64,000 nt of DNA. It comes from Octopus vulgaris. Taxonomy: Eukaryota. Numbering within the stretch: the first letter of the stretch is position 1; each line of letters opens with the position of its first letter. This document shows positions 52,299 through 64,000 of the stretch, in pieces. The position numbers were made by a program, and so were the translations under genes. The notes under the pieces are model-generated. The model ran no database searches, had not been told where the DNA came from, and saw only the letters and a program-made list of their open reading frames with translations. The stretch is taken from positions 7,316,001-7,380,000 of the forward strand of contig OX597834.1 in the NCBI GenBank assembly GCA_951406725.2, given 5' to 3'.

Positions 52299-53073
52299 CT
52301 TATCATCGCAGGCTTACAACGTTGTAAACGTCAACTAATATTCACCGCTTTGCTTAAGGTGGAAATCACCAATGATACACTACGATAAACTCTTAAAGTG
52401 TTATGAGAGTCACCGACGACTTTTAGTGCCGATGTTGTTTATAGTTTCATTTTGCTGTAGTTCGAACAACATTATTCGAATTTTATGTAATCTGCAGGAC
52501 ACTTTTCTTTGTATTTCTCTGATCGTTTTCAATTTGAATCAATATAAGCTGACTTAAGACCTGGCAAGACAATATGTCTTTGATAAATAAAGCAATGTCA
52601 TTATGTATACTTTATTGTTATGAAATTATTAGTGCAATATATCGTACAATTTCGATAAAAGTATGAAAAATAAAACTCCATAAACATTTGTGAAGTTAAC
52701 ATTATAAGCTCGAGGTTTTTCAAGAAAATTTGTAAAACCATTGGAGCGCTTACCCTCCACAAAATATTCTATGTGAACAGGAAGCCATTATGGCTTATAT
52801 CATAAAACTCTGAGGTATGATCTGTAATAAAAAGCATGGATAAATGTAAAAAACAATCATAAATGGAAGTATATTGGATATTTTAATGCTTTTTACATGT
52901 GAATCGTCGATGAGTCCTGCGTTACAGAAAAAATCTAATATTCGTTTTGTACCGTTGGTGTCGCCACTGGTACTCACGCCACAAAGCAATATGGCAGCTT
53001 GCGTCGTGTGATTAGATAGGACATATTTATTGTTACACAATTAAAAATGCGTTATTTATAACAAAATTAGACA

Positions 53074-53470
53074 AGTGGCTGTGTGGTACGTAGCTTGCAT
53101 ACCAACCACATGGTTCCGGGTTCGGTCCCACTGCGTGGCTCCTTCACCAAGTGTCTTCTGCTATAGCATCGGGCCGACCAAAGCCTTGTGAGTGGATTTG
53201 GTAGACGGAAAATGAAAGAAGCCCGTCGTATATATGTATATATATATGTGTGTGTGTGCGTGTATGTTTGTGTGTCTGTGTTTGTCCCCCTAGCATTGCT
53301 TGACAACCGATGCTAGTGTGTTTATGTCCCCGTAACTTAGCGGTTCGGCAAAAGAGACCGATAGAATAAGTACTAGACTTACAAAGAATAAGTGTCGGGA
53401 GATCGATTTGCTCGATTAAAGGCGGTGCTCCAGCATGGAGCAGTCAAATGACTGAAACAAGTAAAAAAAG
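53074..53470 (+). mobile_element. SINE family A
   Basis: Homology to 2919-3350. Confidence 0.9.
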
Positions 53471-54026
53471 AAAAAAAAAGAATAACTGGTACAAAAGATG
53501 TGGTGCAAAATGAGCTTGGTATGCAAACTTTATATTTTCTTTACTTTGGATTTTAATTAATAAATTTTAATTTCCTTCGATATACATTTTTATTATTCAA
53601 AGTAGTTTATGTAAACAAGAGTAGATTAACGTGAAAGTACACTATTTGTAATATTGACCCCTTCAAAAATGCGGCGAACTGCTAGGAGAACGCATGGAAT
53701 AAGGAGAGAAAGCTCTCTGTGTTGACTAGTAAAGAATAATGTTGTATAATACCGCAGCAGTGACAAGTCATAAGCGAAGGAGGAAAAGTTGTGATGTGCT
53801 TTTCTAGTGGCAGGCCATTATATATTTCCTAACTAAATTATGTGAAATTAAACAAAAGATGCTTTGCCTGTTATCTGCCTTGATACGGAAAGTTACAAGT
53901 TAACAGTTAGCTCTCATAAATTTTCTTGTGCATATGCCGAGATCAATAGGAAGAGAGTCATTGAAAATGCTATACTAGGATTTCGAGATTTAGATTTAGT
54001 CAAGAATATTAGAAGCTATTCGCTTC

Positions 54027-54088
<62 letters not shown>

Positions 54089-54578
54089 ATAATGGATAGA
54101 TTCATCGCCTGTGAGTATGAAATATCCCCTCATATCTCCGAAAATTACACCTACATTATTATGGATGGATTTACCTTTTCTGTGAAGCTAACAAGCTTTT
54201 TTAAAACCTGTTATAAGACTGTGCATCTTTAGAGAACTTTGGAAGTCTGCTTACAATCTAAATTTGCTTTTTATAGAACTATCTTCGATACTTCATGAGT
54301 GTAGCCTCACCCCCTAGGATGTTTAGAGAACTCATATGTGTTTTGGCTGATGAGTACGGGACACTTGTATTTGCTGCAATATTTGCAGCTTTTAATAAAG
54401 CTGTTCTTCGTATGAAAGAATTGTACTGAAAAACTAATCCATTCTTGTTGCTTTTTTCTTGTTTATAATCACCCCACATTATTTTATGGTTAATACCATG
54501 TAGTTTTCTGGTGCATCTAAGTTAAGTTCCGCATTCATGTGAATTCAATAGAACTCACTTGAATCTTAATTGCTTTTA

Positions 54579-54624
<46 letters not shown>

Positions 54625-54657
54625 GCATTTTTTCTCTCCTTGTTTCTTTTCTGTGTA

Positions 54658-54695
54658 TCTTTCTGTCGAAGAGCGTAGGCTCGAAACGTAAAAGA
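54658..54695 (+). ncRNA. Minimal hammerhead variant (CUGUCGA core)
   Basis: tcttt CTGTCGA A GAGC gtag GCTC GAAA CG TA aaaga. Loopless ACGT stem III; second copy at 62187. Confidence 0.62.
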
Positions 54696-55306
54696 CTTGT
54701 TTTATTTATATTCCTGAGCGCCATACTAATACAATTGTTCGTTTGTTCTCCACCTGCCTTCGTCTTTTGTTTATTTTTGTAAACCTGCCTTCGTCTTTTG
54801 TTTATTTTCGTAAACCCTCCCGTTATATATACACATATATATATATATGTGGAAATTTTAATCCTAATGAGAAAGTGTTGAAGATGCAGTGAAATAGATT
54901 TTAATATTTGAATTAAACAAGGTATTTTATTTGATTTCATACTAGACAAATATATTGTTATTACAGGCATGCATATACAAACCGACATTGGTATTATGGT
55001 TTAAATATACTCCAATAGAAAGTGAGAAGAGTAGTCAGTGTGATAATAGGTAAACAGTGAGAGGGAGAGAGAGAAAGAGAGAGAGTGGTGTTATTGTTTG
55101 CATTTATGTCCTCGGCATCTGCCTCATATATAATAGCCTTTCTTTTGCAGGATGCATTCATTGCATATGTGGTAATATTTGCGCACTTTAGTGCAACCTC
55201 CATGAAAAGATGGGCTTATGACAAATTTGAAAATTTTGACGTGATTTAAAAATTTCGCAAAGTGTGGCAGTAACATGGAATATCCTACAAAATTTGGATT
55301 TTGGAA

Positions 55307-55684
55307 GCACTTCGTCGGTTACGACGACGAGGGTTCCTGTTGATGCGAATCAACGGAACAGCCTGCTCGTGAAATTAACGTGTAAGTGGCTGAGCACTCC
55401 ACAGACACGTGTACCCTTAACGTAGTTCTCGGGGATATTCAGCGTGACACAGAGAGTGACAAGGCCGGCCCTTTGAAATACAGGTACAACAGAAACAGGA
55501 AGTAAGAGTGAGAGAAAGTTGTGGTGAAAGTGTACAGTAGGGATCACCACCATCTCCTGCTGGAGCCTCGTGGAGCTTTAGGTGTTTTCGCTCAATAAAC
55601 ACTCATAACGCCTGGTCTGGGAATCGAAACCGCGATCCTATGACCGCGATTCCGCTGCCCTAACCACTGGGCCATTGCGCCTCC
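55307..55684 (-). mobile_element. SINE family C, tail type 1
   Basis: Same head; tail shared with 6160-6495. Confidence 0.85.
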
Positions 55685-56499
55685 TCCTACAAAATTAGAG
55701 ACATACAGTTATAGATAGTGTGACACATACACATACACAAACAGTGTGACACATACAGAGTGACTCACACGCAAGCACGCACACACTGAAACACACACAC
55801 ACACGCACCTGCAGTTACAAACGTACACACAGGTAATCACGAGTTTAAAATGGCTTAGAGTAGACATACGTGTGTATATATGTACGTATGGCCATCTACT
55901 CCCTCTCTCCTTAAAGCTATGTATTCTTGACACCACCTTTCTTTCCTTTCCTCAGCGTTTTAAGAATTATTTAGGTGCATGTGCGTGTGTGTTTGTGCAT
56001 GTATCTATGTATTTACGAAAGTATGTATGCACCGTCGCGTGTATAAAGCAGCTGTATTGTCGTTACCATACCATTGTCACTCAATATTTGTCGCTTACAT
56101 AACACCGTTATCCCCTTCCCTGATATCAGTCACAATAACTATGCTATTACATTTCCCTCGCACTGCCACTTTTCGCACCCTTCTCATTTTTTCGTATAAT
56201 AGCCCAACTCCATTATGGGACCATTTTAAACATTTTTTATTGCAAGCTAATGATTTGAATATAATTGAACTGGATGTTAGCTTAACATGTATGCAGAGTT
56301 TCGTCAACATTGGTTCACTGGTGTATGCAGTAGAGTGACAGACAGAAATTGCTATTTATGTATTATATATAATATATATATATATATATTTAATAATTAT
56401 TTGAGGGGATATTAATCCTAACTTACAGGGAAAAAATTTAATTTAGAAATACTAAATCAAATTTCACACAATATGATATATATATATATATAAAACTTA

Positions 56500-56621
56500 G
56501 TAAAAAATACCTTTTATCAGTTCAAAATGAACAATTAAATTACACCACTTAATATTTCTATTATATGTAATTTTCTAGATGGTGTAATTTAATTGTTCAT
56601 TTTTAATTGATTAAAGGTGTT

Positions 56622-56627
<6 letters not shown>
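56500..56627. repeat. Short inverted repeat between (TA)n tracts
   Basis: aaaatgaacaattaaattacacca vs tggtgtaatttaattgttcatttt. Confidence 0.75.
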
Positions 56628-56666
<39 letters not shown>

Positions 56667-56966
56667 TCGTATCTATATATATAGGTATATATGTTATATA
56701 TTCACCTCTCTCTCCCTATATATATATACATACATGCTTTTAGATATGTACACACAACACACACACACACACATATTCACCTGTACACATGTACACGCGC
56801 GCAAGCTAGCACACAAGTGATTCCGTGTAAGCCTATATGTATACATACCTGCTTACCTACCAATAAAAAGTCATGTTTGAAGAATTAATCTGTCGTCGGA
56901 TGGAAATGAATGTCAGCAAGGTAGAGTACAAAATTTTACCTTCAATAACCTGCATAGTAACATCCG

Positions 56967-57398
56967 ATCTTTTCGGTTTGAACGGCAGTTTTTCTAGCGG
57001 TGTCATATGAAATTGTCATCCATAATTATGACCCTAGTATCGATCTATTGCATTTCGATCATTGTTCGAGTTAGGGTTAAAGTTAGGGTTACTTAGGGTT
57101 AGGGTGGGGGGAAGGGTATCTTTTTTTCTTCACAAATGTAAATAAACCCAATCTGTTTCTTAAACGAGGGACATATTCATACGGCACAGAATGTTTTCAC
57201 CACAATAGACGCTATTGATAGGTTGAAATTGCAGAAATTGAAGAAAAAAACAACAAATATCTTACAAACGATAGAATTTTCTCAATAAAGCCAAGAGAAA
57301 AAGATGTTTTATAAACACATTGTACCAGTATACGAAGTTTAAAAGTGTTTAGCTACGTGGAAATTATTTTTAAAAACTGCAGGTCAAACCGAAAAGAT
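56967..57398. mobile_element. MITE with TIRs and internal TTAGGG-like repeats
   Basis: atcttttcggtttgaacggcagttttt / aaaaactgcaggtcaaaccgaaaagat; gttaggg repeats at 57070-57105. Confidence 0.75.
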
Positions 57399-58340
57399 AC
57401 GAAATATCAAAATCAACATTGACAACAATAGCAAAATAACATTGAAATGAGTAATGCGATTATACAAAAGGAAGGCAATGCGAAGAATAAACACTCGTTA
57501 AAATATGTAACTTCAATACACACACACACACATACACACACACACACACACACAAACAAATACACACACACATACGCACATACATGCATATAAATCTTAA
57601 ATTTGTATTAATTACAATGTATATTTGTGCAGGGAGCGAGTCAAAAACTAAGGAGTATACAGACTTCGGGAGAATGAAAGAAAGAAAGAAAGAGAGCGGG
57701 AGGAAGGGAGAAGAGGAAGGAGAGTTGGGAAGAAGAGCAGAGAGCGAGAGTAGGGAGAGAAATGGGAGACAGAATGAGAGTGTGAAATAGCGAAATAGAT
57801 ATATAGACGTTTAGATAAAAATATCTCTATACCTTATATACTCACACACGCATGTGTACGCACATACATACATGCATACATACGTATCCACACACACACA
57901 TAAATACATACACAGACGGACAGGTACACACACACACATACACACATACACACATATATTTAAACACATAATACACACGCTCATATGTATATGCATGCGA
58001 GCGTGTGTGTGTGTGTGTGTGTGCATATATAATTATAGAAATATAGAATTTATTGAATGAGACTTCAGAAATTAACAAATCCCTTCCGGATTCGTAATAA
58101 TTTGTAGTCTCAGTTTTCGTTATGAATATATTTTAAGGGTGATTAATTAAAGCTGTGTATTTATCATTTTTGAATAGATCATTTTTTTTTTGTAGAGTTG
58201 TAGGAATGGTAAGATAAATGGACTCAGATCTAATTAATATGAGAGTCTGCTTTCTTTACATGCTTAAATTCATTTGAGTGAATAACAATTTTCGGATTGG
58301 TAGGAGAGGACTATATTAATTTTGTTACATTTATTTATGG

Positions 58341-58656
58341 AAATTCGCCGTTCCCTCATGGATGGTGATTTTCCAGAGTGGTCTGTTTTTTGACGTTTCC
58401 TCCCAGTTGGTGAAGTCAATGTCACACTTTTTGAGGTTCGATTTCAGGGAGTCCTTGTAGCGTGGAGGAGAAAAGACGACGACGGAAGGAGCGCCAACAA
58501 CAACCACGTGCGACTCTCCCTTCCGGCACTAGATGTCCGCACTGTGAACGATCTTTTCGAGCAAGAATTGGTCTTATCAGTCACCTGCGGACTCACCAAT
58601 AAATTTGCGCGAAGACCATCATCCTCGACCTTGAGGGATTGCCATAGTAGTAGTAG
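58341..58656 (+). mobile_element. RTE LINE 3' end with 5' inversion
   Basis: 58341-58462 minus: RYKDSLKSNLKKCDIDFTNWEETSKNRPLWK. 58463-58600 plus: EEKRRRRKER...CPHCERSFRARIGLISHLRTH*. (TAG)n tail; TSD tatttatgg at 58332 and 58657. Confidence 0.88.
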
Positions 58657-59925
58657 TATTTATGGGTTCTTCGTATTGAGGGAATCACTGGCACATTGTT
58701 CTGTAGCATTAGTTTAAATTAATTTTGGATGGCGAGCTAGCAGAACTTTTAGTGCATCGGGCAAAATGCTTAGCAGCATTTCTTCTGGAAATGTAATTTC
58801 TAGGTTCAAATACCACCGAGGTCGACTTTGCCATTCGTCCTTTGGGGTTCGATGAAATAAGTATTAATTAGTTGAACATTGGGGTCAATATAATATACTC
58901 GCTATTCTTCTAAAATTGATGGCCTTGTGCGAAAATTTTAAACCATCGTTTTAAATCTGTATCTTGACAGTCATTTTAAAACTAAAATATTGGTATCTTA
59001 GGAGACCGAAATACATCAGGAAATGTTACTGAACCTCTCAAATGTCAGACTCTATCATTATTGCTTCCTTTATTTGTCCTTTTACTTAACATTGATCTCG
59101 GTATCAAGCTAATGAAGATGAAGAATGTTCAAAGGTGTCAACAACATGTAAAAGAATTGATCGGCTGACGGCTCTTTGGGTCACTAAGACGGAGTGTCGT
59201 AAATGATTGAATCAGAGGTGAGTTTAGGTTAGACGAAGTAAAGTAAGTTTATAGAGATTCTTATATTACTGTTTTTAATAGCAACTAGAACAAAAATAAG
59301 TGGCAGGGAGTTGTCGATTATATCTATTACAATATATGGCTAATATTTTATATTATAACTTGGAAGGGCAAACGGTAAAGTGGACCATCTCAACTACACG
59401 TCATTTATACGCAAACCAGGAACCACGCGTCACGCAAGCAATCTAGTAATTCCATCACATTCTAGTAAATGTTTAAGGGCATGCATAGACGCTATTAATT
59501 TCAAGATAACGTCATTACACCCCCACATTGAATATGAGCAAACTTCAGCAAGGAAACTTACGATTACACCTTGTTTTAATCTTCAATGTCATCGAGGATT
59601 ATTTTCTGGCGAGAGATCTTTAACAATTCAAGAACCTCATCTCAAACTGTGGTCCATTACTTTTGTACGAGAAAACCATTCAGGCCCCTACAATTACGAC
59701 TCTACAAAGTTCATAGAGGTACATCATAAAGTATTGTTTCTTCGTCGGGTACGAAGCTGTTTCTCGGGAATTCACAGACATTTCAGACCTTTTTCAGAGT
59801 CCGAGGAAAGAAAACGTCAAATGACACCGTCCTTGTTTTCTTTGTATCGTCTATCAGGATGTTTTGTTGTCCCATTTTTGTATCACCTAACTGCCCGAAT
59901 GTTTTGCGTTCTTGTCCCAATTTTG

Positions 59926-60006
<81 letters not shown>

Positions 60007-60010
<4 letters not shown>

Positions 60011-60301
60011 GAAATGAAGAAAATGCTGACAAAATAATTGAAGTAAGGGAGAGTGTATTTAATTAGGTGAAAGTTCTTTTTACCGGTTGCGCATTTGTTA
60101 TGCTTATCAAAAGATATTTTGAGTTCCTTTCTGATTGATTTTTTTCTCTTATCTGATAAGAGAAAAAAATCAATCAGAAAGGAACTCAAAATATCTTTTG
60201 ATAAGCATAACAAATGCGCAACCGGTAAAAAGAACTTTCACCTAATTGAATACACTCTCCCTTACTTAAATTATTTTGTCAGCATTTTCTTCATTTCCTT
60301 T
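60007..60301. repeat. Near-perfect 295-bp palindrome (1-nt spacer at 60154) carrying a hammerhead-like motif
   Basis: 147-bp arms with 2 mismatches seen. 60195-60232: ctt TTGATAA GCAT aacaa ATGC GCAA CCGG TA aaaag, mirrored at 60076-60113. Flanked by (TA)n. Confidence 0.9.
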
Positions 60302-60339
60302 TTTTATATATCACAACTCGTGTTCCACATCTCTTTTTT

Positions 60340-60429
<90 letters not shown>

Positions 60430-60431
<2 letters not shown>

Positions 60432-60699
60432 GAGGCGCAATGGCCCAGTGGTTAGGGCAGTGGATCGCGGTTTCGATTCCCAGACCGGGTGTTGTGTGTG
60501 TTTATTTAGCGAAAACACCCAAAAGCTCCACGAGGCTCCGGCAGGGGGTGGTGATCCCCGCTGTACTCATTTACCACTCTTTCTCTCACTCTTTCTTCTG
60601 TTGCTCGCTTAGCCAGCGGGGTGGCGTCGTTCGAAGGCTAAAACAATGCGAACGCATTGTGACCAGCGATGTGTAGCAACATCTGATGGTCTGGTCGGT

Positions 60700-60705
<6 letters not shown>
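60430..60705 (+). mobile_element. SINE family C, tail type 2
   Basis: ggaggcgcaatggcccagtggttagggcag... Confidence 0.85.
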
Positions 60706-60750
<45 letters not shown>

Positions 60751-60984
60751 ACTTTATGTATGAATGTACGTGATGTGATACAGACTGCAAGATTGATGCA
60801 ACATAGTATGATGTACAGCAACCAGCATCCCATCAGACGCAGGATGAATTGAAACGATCGTCGTAAAATATACAGAATTATACTAATTCTATCTTCTATT
60901 CACTTAATCGATTATATATACATACACACGTACGTACATATGCAAACACATTCACACACATATAGATGCATACTCTTTTACTCT

Positions 60985-61193
60985 ATTTTTTTTACTTGTT
61001 TCAGTCATTTGACTGCGGCCATGCTGGGGCACCGCCTTTTGTCGAGCAAATCGACCCCGGGACTTATTCTTTGTAAACCCAGTACTTATTCTATCAGTCT
61101 CTTTTGCCGAACAGCTAAGTGACGGGGACGTAAACACACCAGCATCGGTTGTCAAGCAATGCTAGGGGGACAAACACACACACAGAAACACAT

Positions 61194-61251
<58 letters not shown>

Positions 61252-61413
61252 GACAGGCTTCTTTCAGTTTCCGTCTACCAAATCCATTGACAAGGCATTG
61301 GTCAGCCCGAGGCTATAGTAGAAGACACTTGCCCAAGATGCCAATCTGTGGGACTGAACCCGGAACCATGTGGTTGGTAAACAAGCTACTTACCACACAG
61401 CCACTCCTGCGCC
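60985..61413 (-). mobile_element. SINE family A
   Basis: Homology to 2919-3350. Confidence 0.9.
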
Positions 61414-62061
61414 TCCTGCTTTTATACTCTCTGCTCCTCCTTCTCTTCAATTATGCGTCTTCACTTTCCATTTTTATCATTAATCACTGTTTTCTCTCTA
61501 AAACTTCATTTAGTTACTGCAGTTCTCCATAATGCTTCCCTGTTGCTGTAACTTTTCTCCGTCTTTCTCTTATTCTTTGTCTCTTCCGCCGACACAACTG
61601 GGAAACAAATTGCATCTCTTTCCCTCTTCTCAAAGCGATAACATCATCTTCTCTCTCGTAGCGCAACAATTTATTCCATTTTCAGAATAATTCATGCTAA
61701 AATATGGTTGGTGACAGACTGTATCTTCCTCATGAAACAGTAATAATCTTGATGGTATTGTTGCTATATCAGAAATAATTACGAAGAAAATGTATTAATT
61801 AAGATGCAGTAAAGCTGGAATATTTAAACGATGTTATAAAGTCTCACCTGAATACTTAACAACATCAGTTTTTTTCAAACCATGAAAGTCAATTGCAATT
61901 AATTTTATTTTCATGTTTTGATATCCGGTTTGGTAGTAGGACAGTCACTGAGGGATATCCAAGATGTGATCTATACACATTACTATACAATATACACAGA
62001 CACGCACAAAATAAGATAGTGATGGTGATGATGTATATGCAGTTCTTTCTTTCTTCCTCTG

Positions 62062-62120
<59 letters not shown>

Positions 62121-62186
62121 ATACATGCATGCATGTATGTATATTTAATTTTTTTAAAATTTTCTCTCTCAGCTTATTTCTGTGTA

Positions 62187-62224
62187 TCTTTCTGTCGAAG
62201 AGCGTAGGCTCGAAACTTAAAAGA
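62187..62224 (+). ncRNA. Second copy of CUGUCGA minimal hammerhead (stem III G>T)
   Basis: tcttt CTGTCGA A GAGC gtag GCTC GAAA CT TA aaaga. Flanks 62161-62315 are homologous to 54628-54825. Confidence 0.55.
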
Positions 62225-62682
62225 CTTTTTCTATTCCTAAGCGTTACACTAATACATCTGTTTGTTTTGTACACCACCTCTCTTCGTCTTATGTCTTTTT
62301 CGTAAACTCTCCCCTATATATATATATATTTATATATATAAGCAAAACAGCTTGTAGTAAAATCTCAAGAAGTGATCGAGTAGAAGCTATACAAAACAGT
62401 AAAGCCAGTCGCCTCACCAAAGTGGCTGTTGAATGTTACTACTAGTTTAACCCCAAGCAGATTCTCCGCCAGCTGGTTATCGAGGAGATATTCGTTACCG
62501 TTTATATATAATACAATTTCCAGCAGGGGGACCGAACCCCTATCACCCTCTCGTAGATAACAGGATCGTGAGACTGACTTTGTTTCGAGCTGTTTGGCTC
62601 CTCCTCAGCCGCGAGCACCTGCATGCCAGAGCAATGGTCATTGTCCACTACTACTAACAATATATTGTAAACAAAGCGACCA

Positions 62683-63098
62683 AGGCGCAGGAGTGGCTGT
62701 GTGGTAAGTAGCTTGTTTACCAACCACATGGTTCCGGGTTCAGTCCCACTGCATGACATCTTGGGCAAGTGTCTTCTACTATAGCCTCGGGCCGACCAAA
62801 GCCTTGTGAGTAGATTTTGTAGACGGAAACTGAAAGAAGCCCGTCGTATATATGAATATATGTGTGTGTGTGTGTGTGTGTGTATTTGTGTGTCTGTGTT
62901 TGTCCCCCTAGCATTGCTTGACAACCGATGCTGGTGTGTTTATGTCCCCGTTACCTAGCGGTTCGACAAAAGAGACCGATAGAATAAGTACTGGGCTTAT
63001 AAAAGAATAAGTCCCCGGGTCGAGTTTCTCGACTTTAAAGGCGGTGCTCCAGCAAGGCCGCAGTCAAATGACTGAAACAAGTAAAAGAGCAAAAGAGT
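62683..63098 (+). mobile_element. SINE family A
   Basis: Homology to 2919-3350. Confidence 0.9.
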
Positions 63099-63479
63099 AT
63101 CAGTCACTGATCTGCAAGAAGTAAAATAACAAGTTGTAAAAACTGAAGAAGAGACACGAAAAAGATAGAATAAATACCAGAGTTAAAATATAGGTACTAG
63201 GATCGATTTGTGTGTGTGCTGTTGGCTGTTATTTTTTATGTGGCTGACCGTCTTTACGTTTGACGTCCGAAAAACGGTATTCATGTTTACGTCCCGTAAA
63301 ACATTAATGATATAAAGGTGAATAATATTCTCTGAAATATGTTTTGTACTGATGGCGATAGAAACGAGTAAAAAGCTTCGAGGCAGTGCCCCAGCTTGGT
63401 CGCACTCTTACTATTGAAACACAGAAGGGAGTACTAAGTATATACCGTATATGTCTCAAGTCATAGATATGTTTGTCAA

Positions 63480-63480
63480 A

Positions 63481-63549
<69 letters not shown>

Positions 63550-63642
63550 AATCTATCTATCTGCCAGTCTGTCTGTCTGTCTATCTCTCTCTTTCTATCT
63601 ATCTATCTATCTATCTGTCTGTCTGTCTGTCTGTCTACCTAC

Positions 63643-63697
<55 letters not shown>

Positions 63698-63830
63698 CCT
63701 ACCTATCTATCTATCTACCTACCTATCTATCTATCTATCTATCTATCTATTTATCTATCTGTCTGTCTGTCTATCTGTCTGTCTGTCTGTCTCTGTATGT
63801 ATGTATGTATGTATCTATCTATCTTTCCAT
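63480..63830. repeat. (CTAT)n/(CTGT)n compound microsatellite
   Basis: Direct reading. Confidence 0.95.
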
Positions 63831-63926
63831 CTCTCTCTATCTTTCTTCCCTTCTTTCTCTCTATCTCACTGTCGGTCTCCATAAATACATAAATATGTGC
63901 GCACGTGTGTGTCTGTGTGTGTTTTT

Positions 63927-63970
<44 letters not shown>

Positions 63971-64000
63971 TGTTTCTGTGTGTGTGCGTATATATATATA

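Noticed and set aside
53700-54480. Possible very old Tc1 relic on minus strand (VIFGD..YF.L.G; WP)
   Set aside because: Motifs too degraded to support a call by eye.
59380-59961. 193-aa ORF
   Set aside because: No recognisable motif, GTG start, and it runs into a repeat tail and (TA)n.

Overview
AT-rich, microsatellite-saturated eukaryotic non-coding DNA. The SINE set looks like octopus/cephalopod, but that assignment is inference from pattern recognition. I found no host exon, tRNA, rRNA or CRISPR, and nearly all ORFs in the track are translated (TA)n/(CA)n/(CATA)n/(CTT)n or SINE sequence. Conventional content: dozens of tRNA-derived SINEs (at least 4 families), RTE and R4/Dong-like LINE relics, Tc1/mariner relics and MITEs. 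The main unexplained signal is about 16 type I hammerhead-ribozyme (HHR) motifs, roughly one per 4 kb. They sit in short, mostly unrelated elements embedded in (TA)n tracts, and many of these elements are fold-backs (inverted repeats). The motifs have minimal or palindromic stem III, often a greatly extended stem II, and some have variant cores (U3-A8, A6U). The largest member (34997-37308) has two near-identical ~830 bp inverted arms, each with an HHR, around an intact 235-aa GIY-YIG endonuclease ORF with no reverse transcriptase. Together these suggest a microsatellite-associated system of non-autonomous Penelope-like / retrozyme-like elements. All folds and alignments were done by eye and need computational confirmation.
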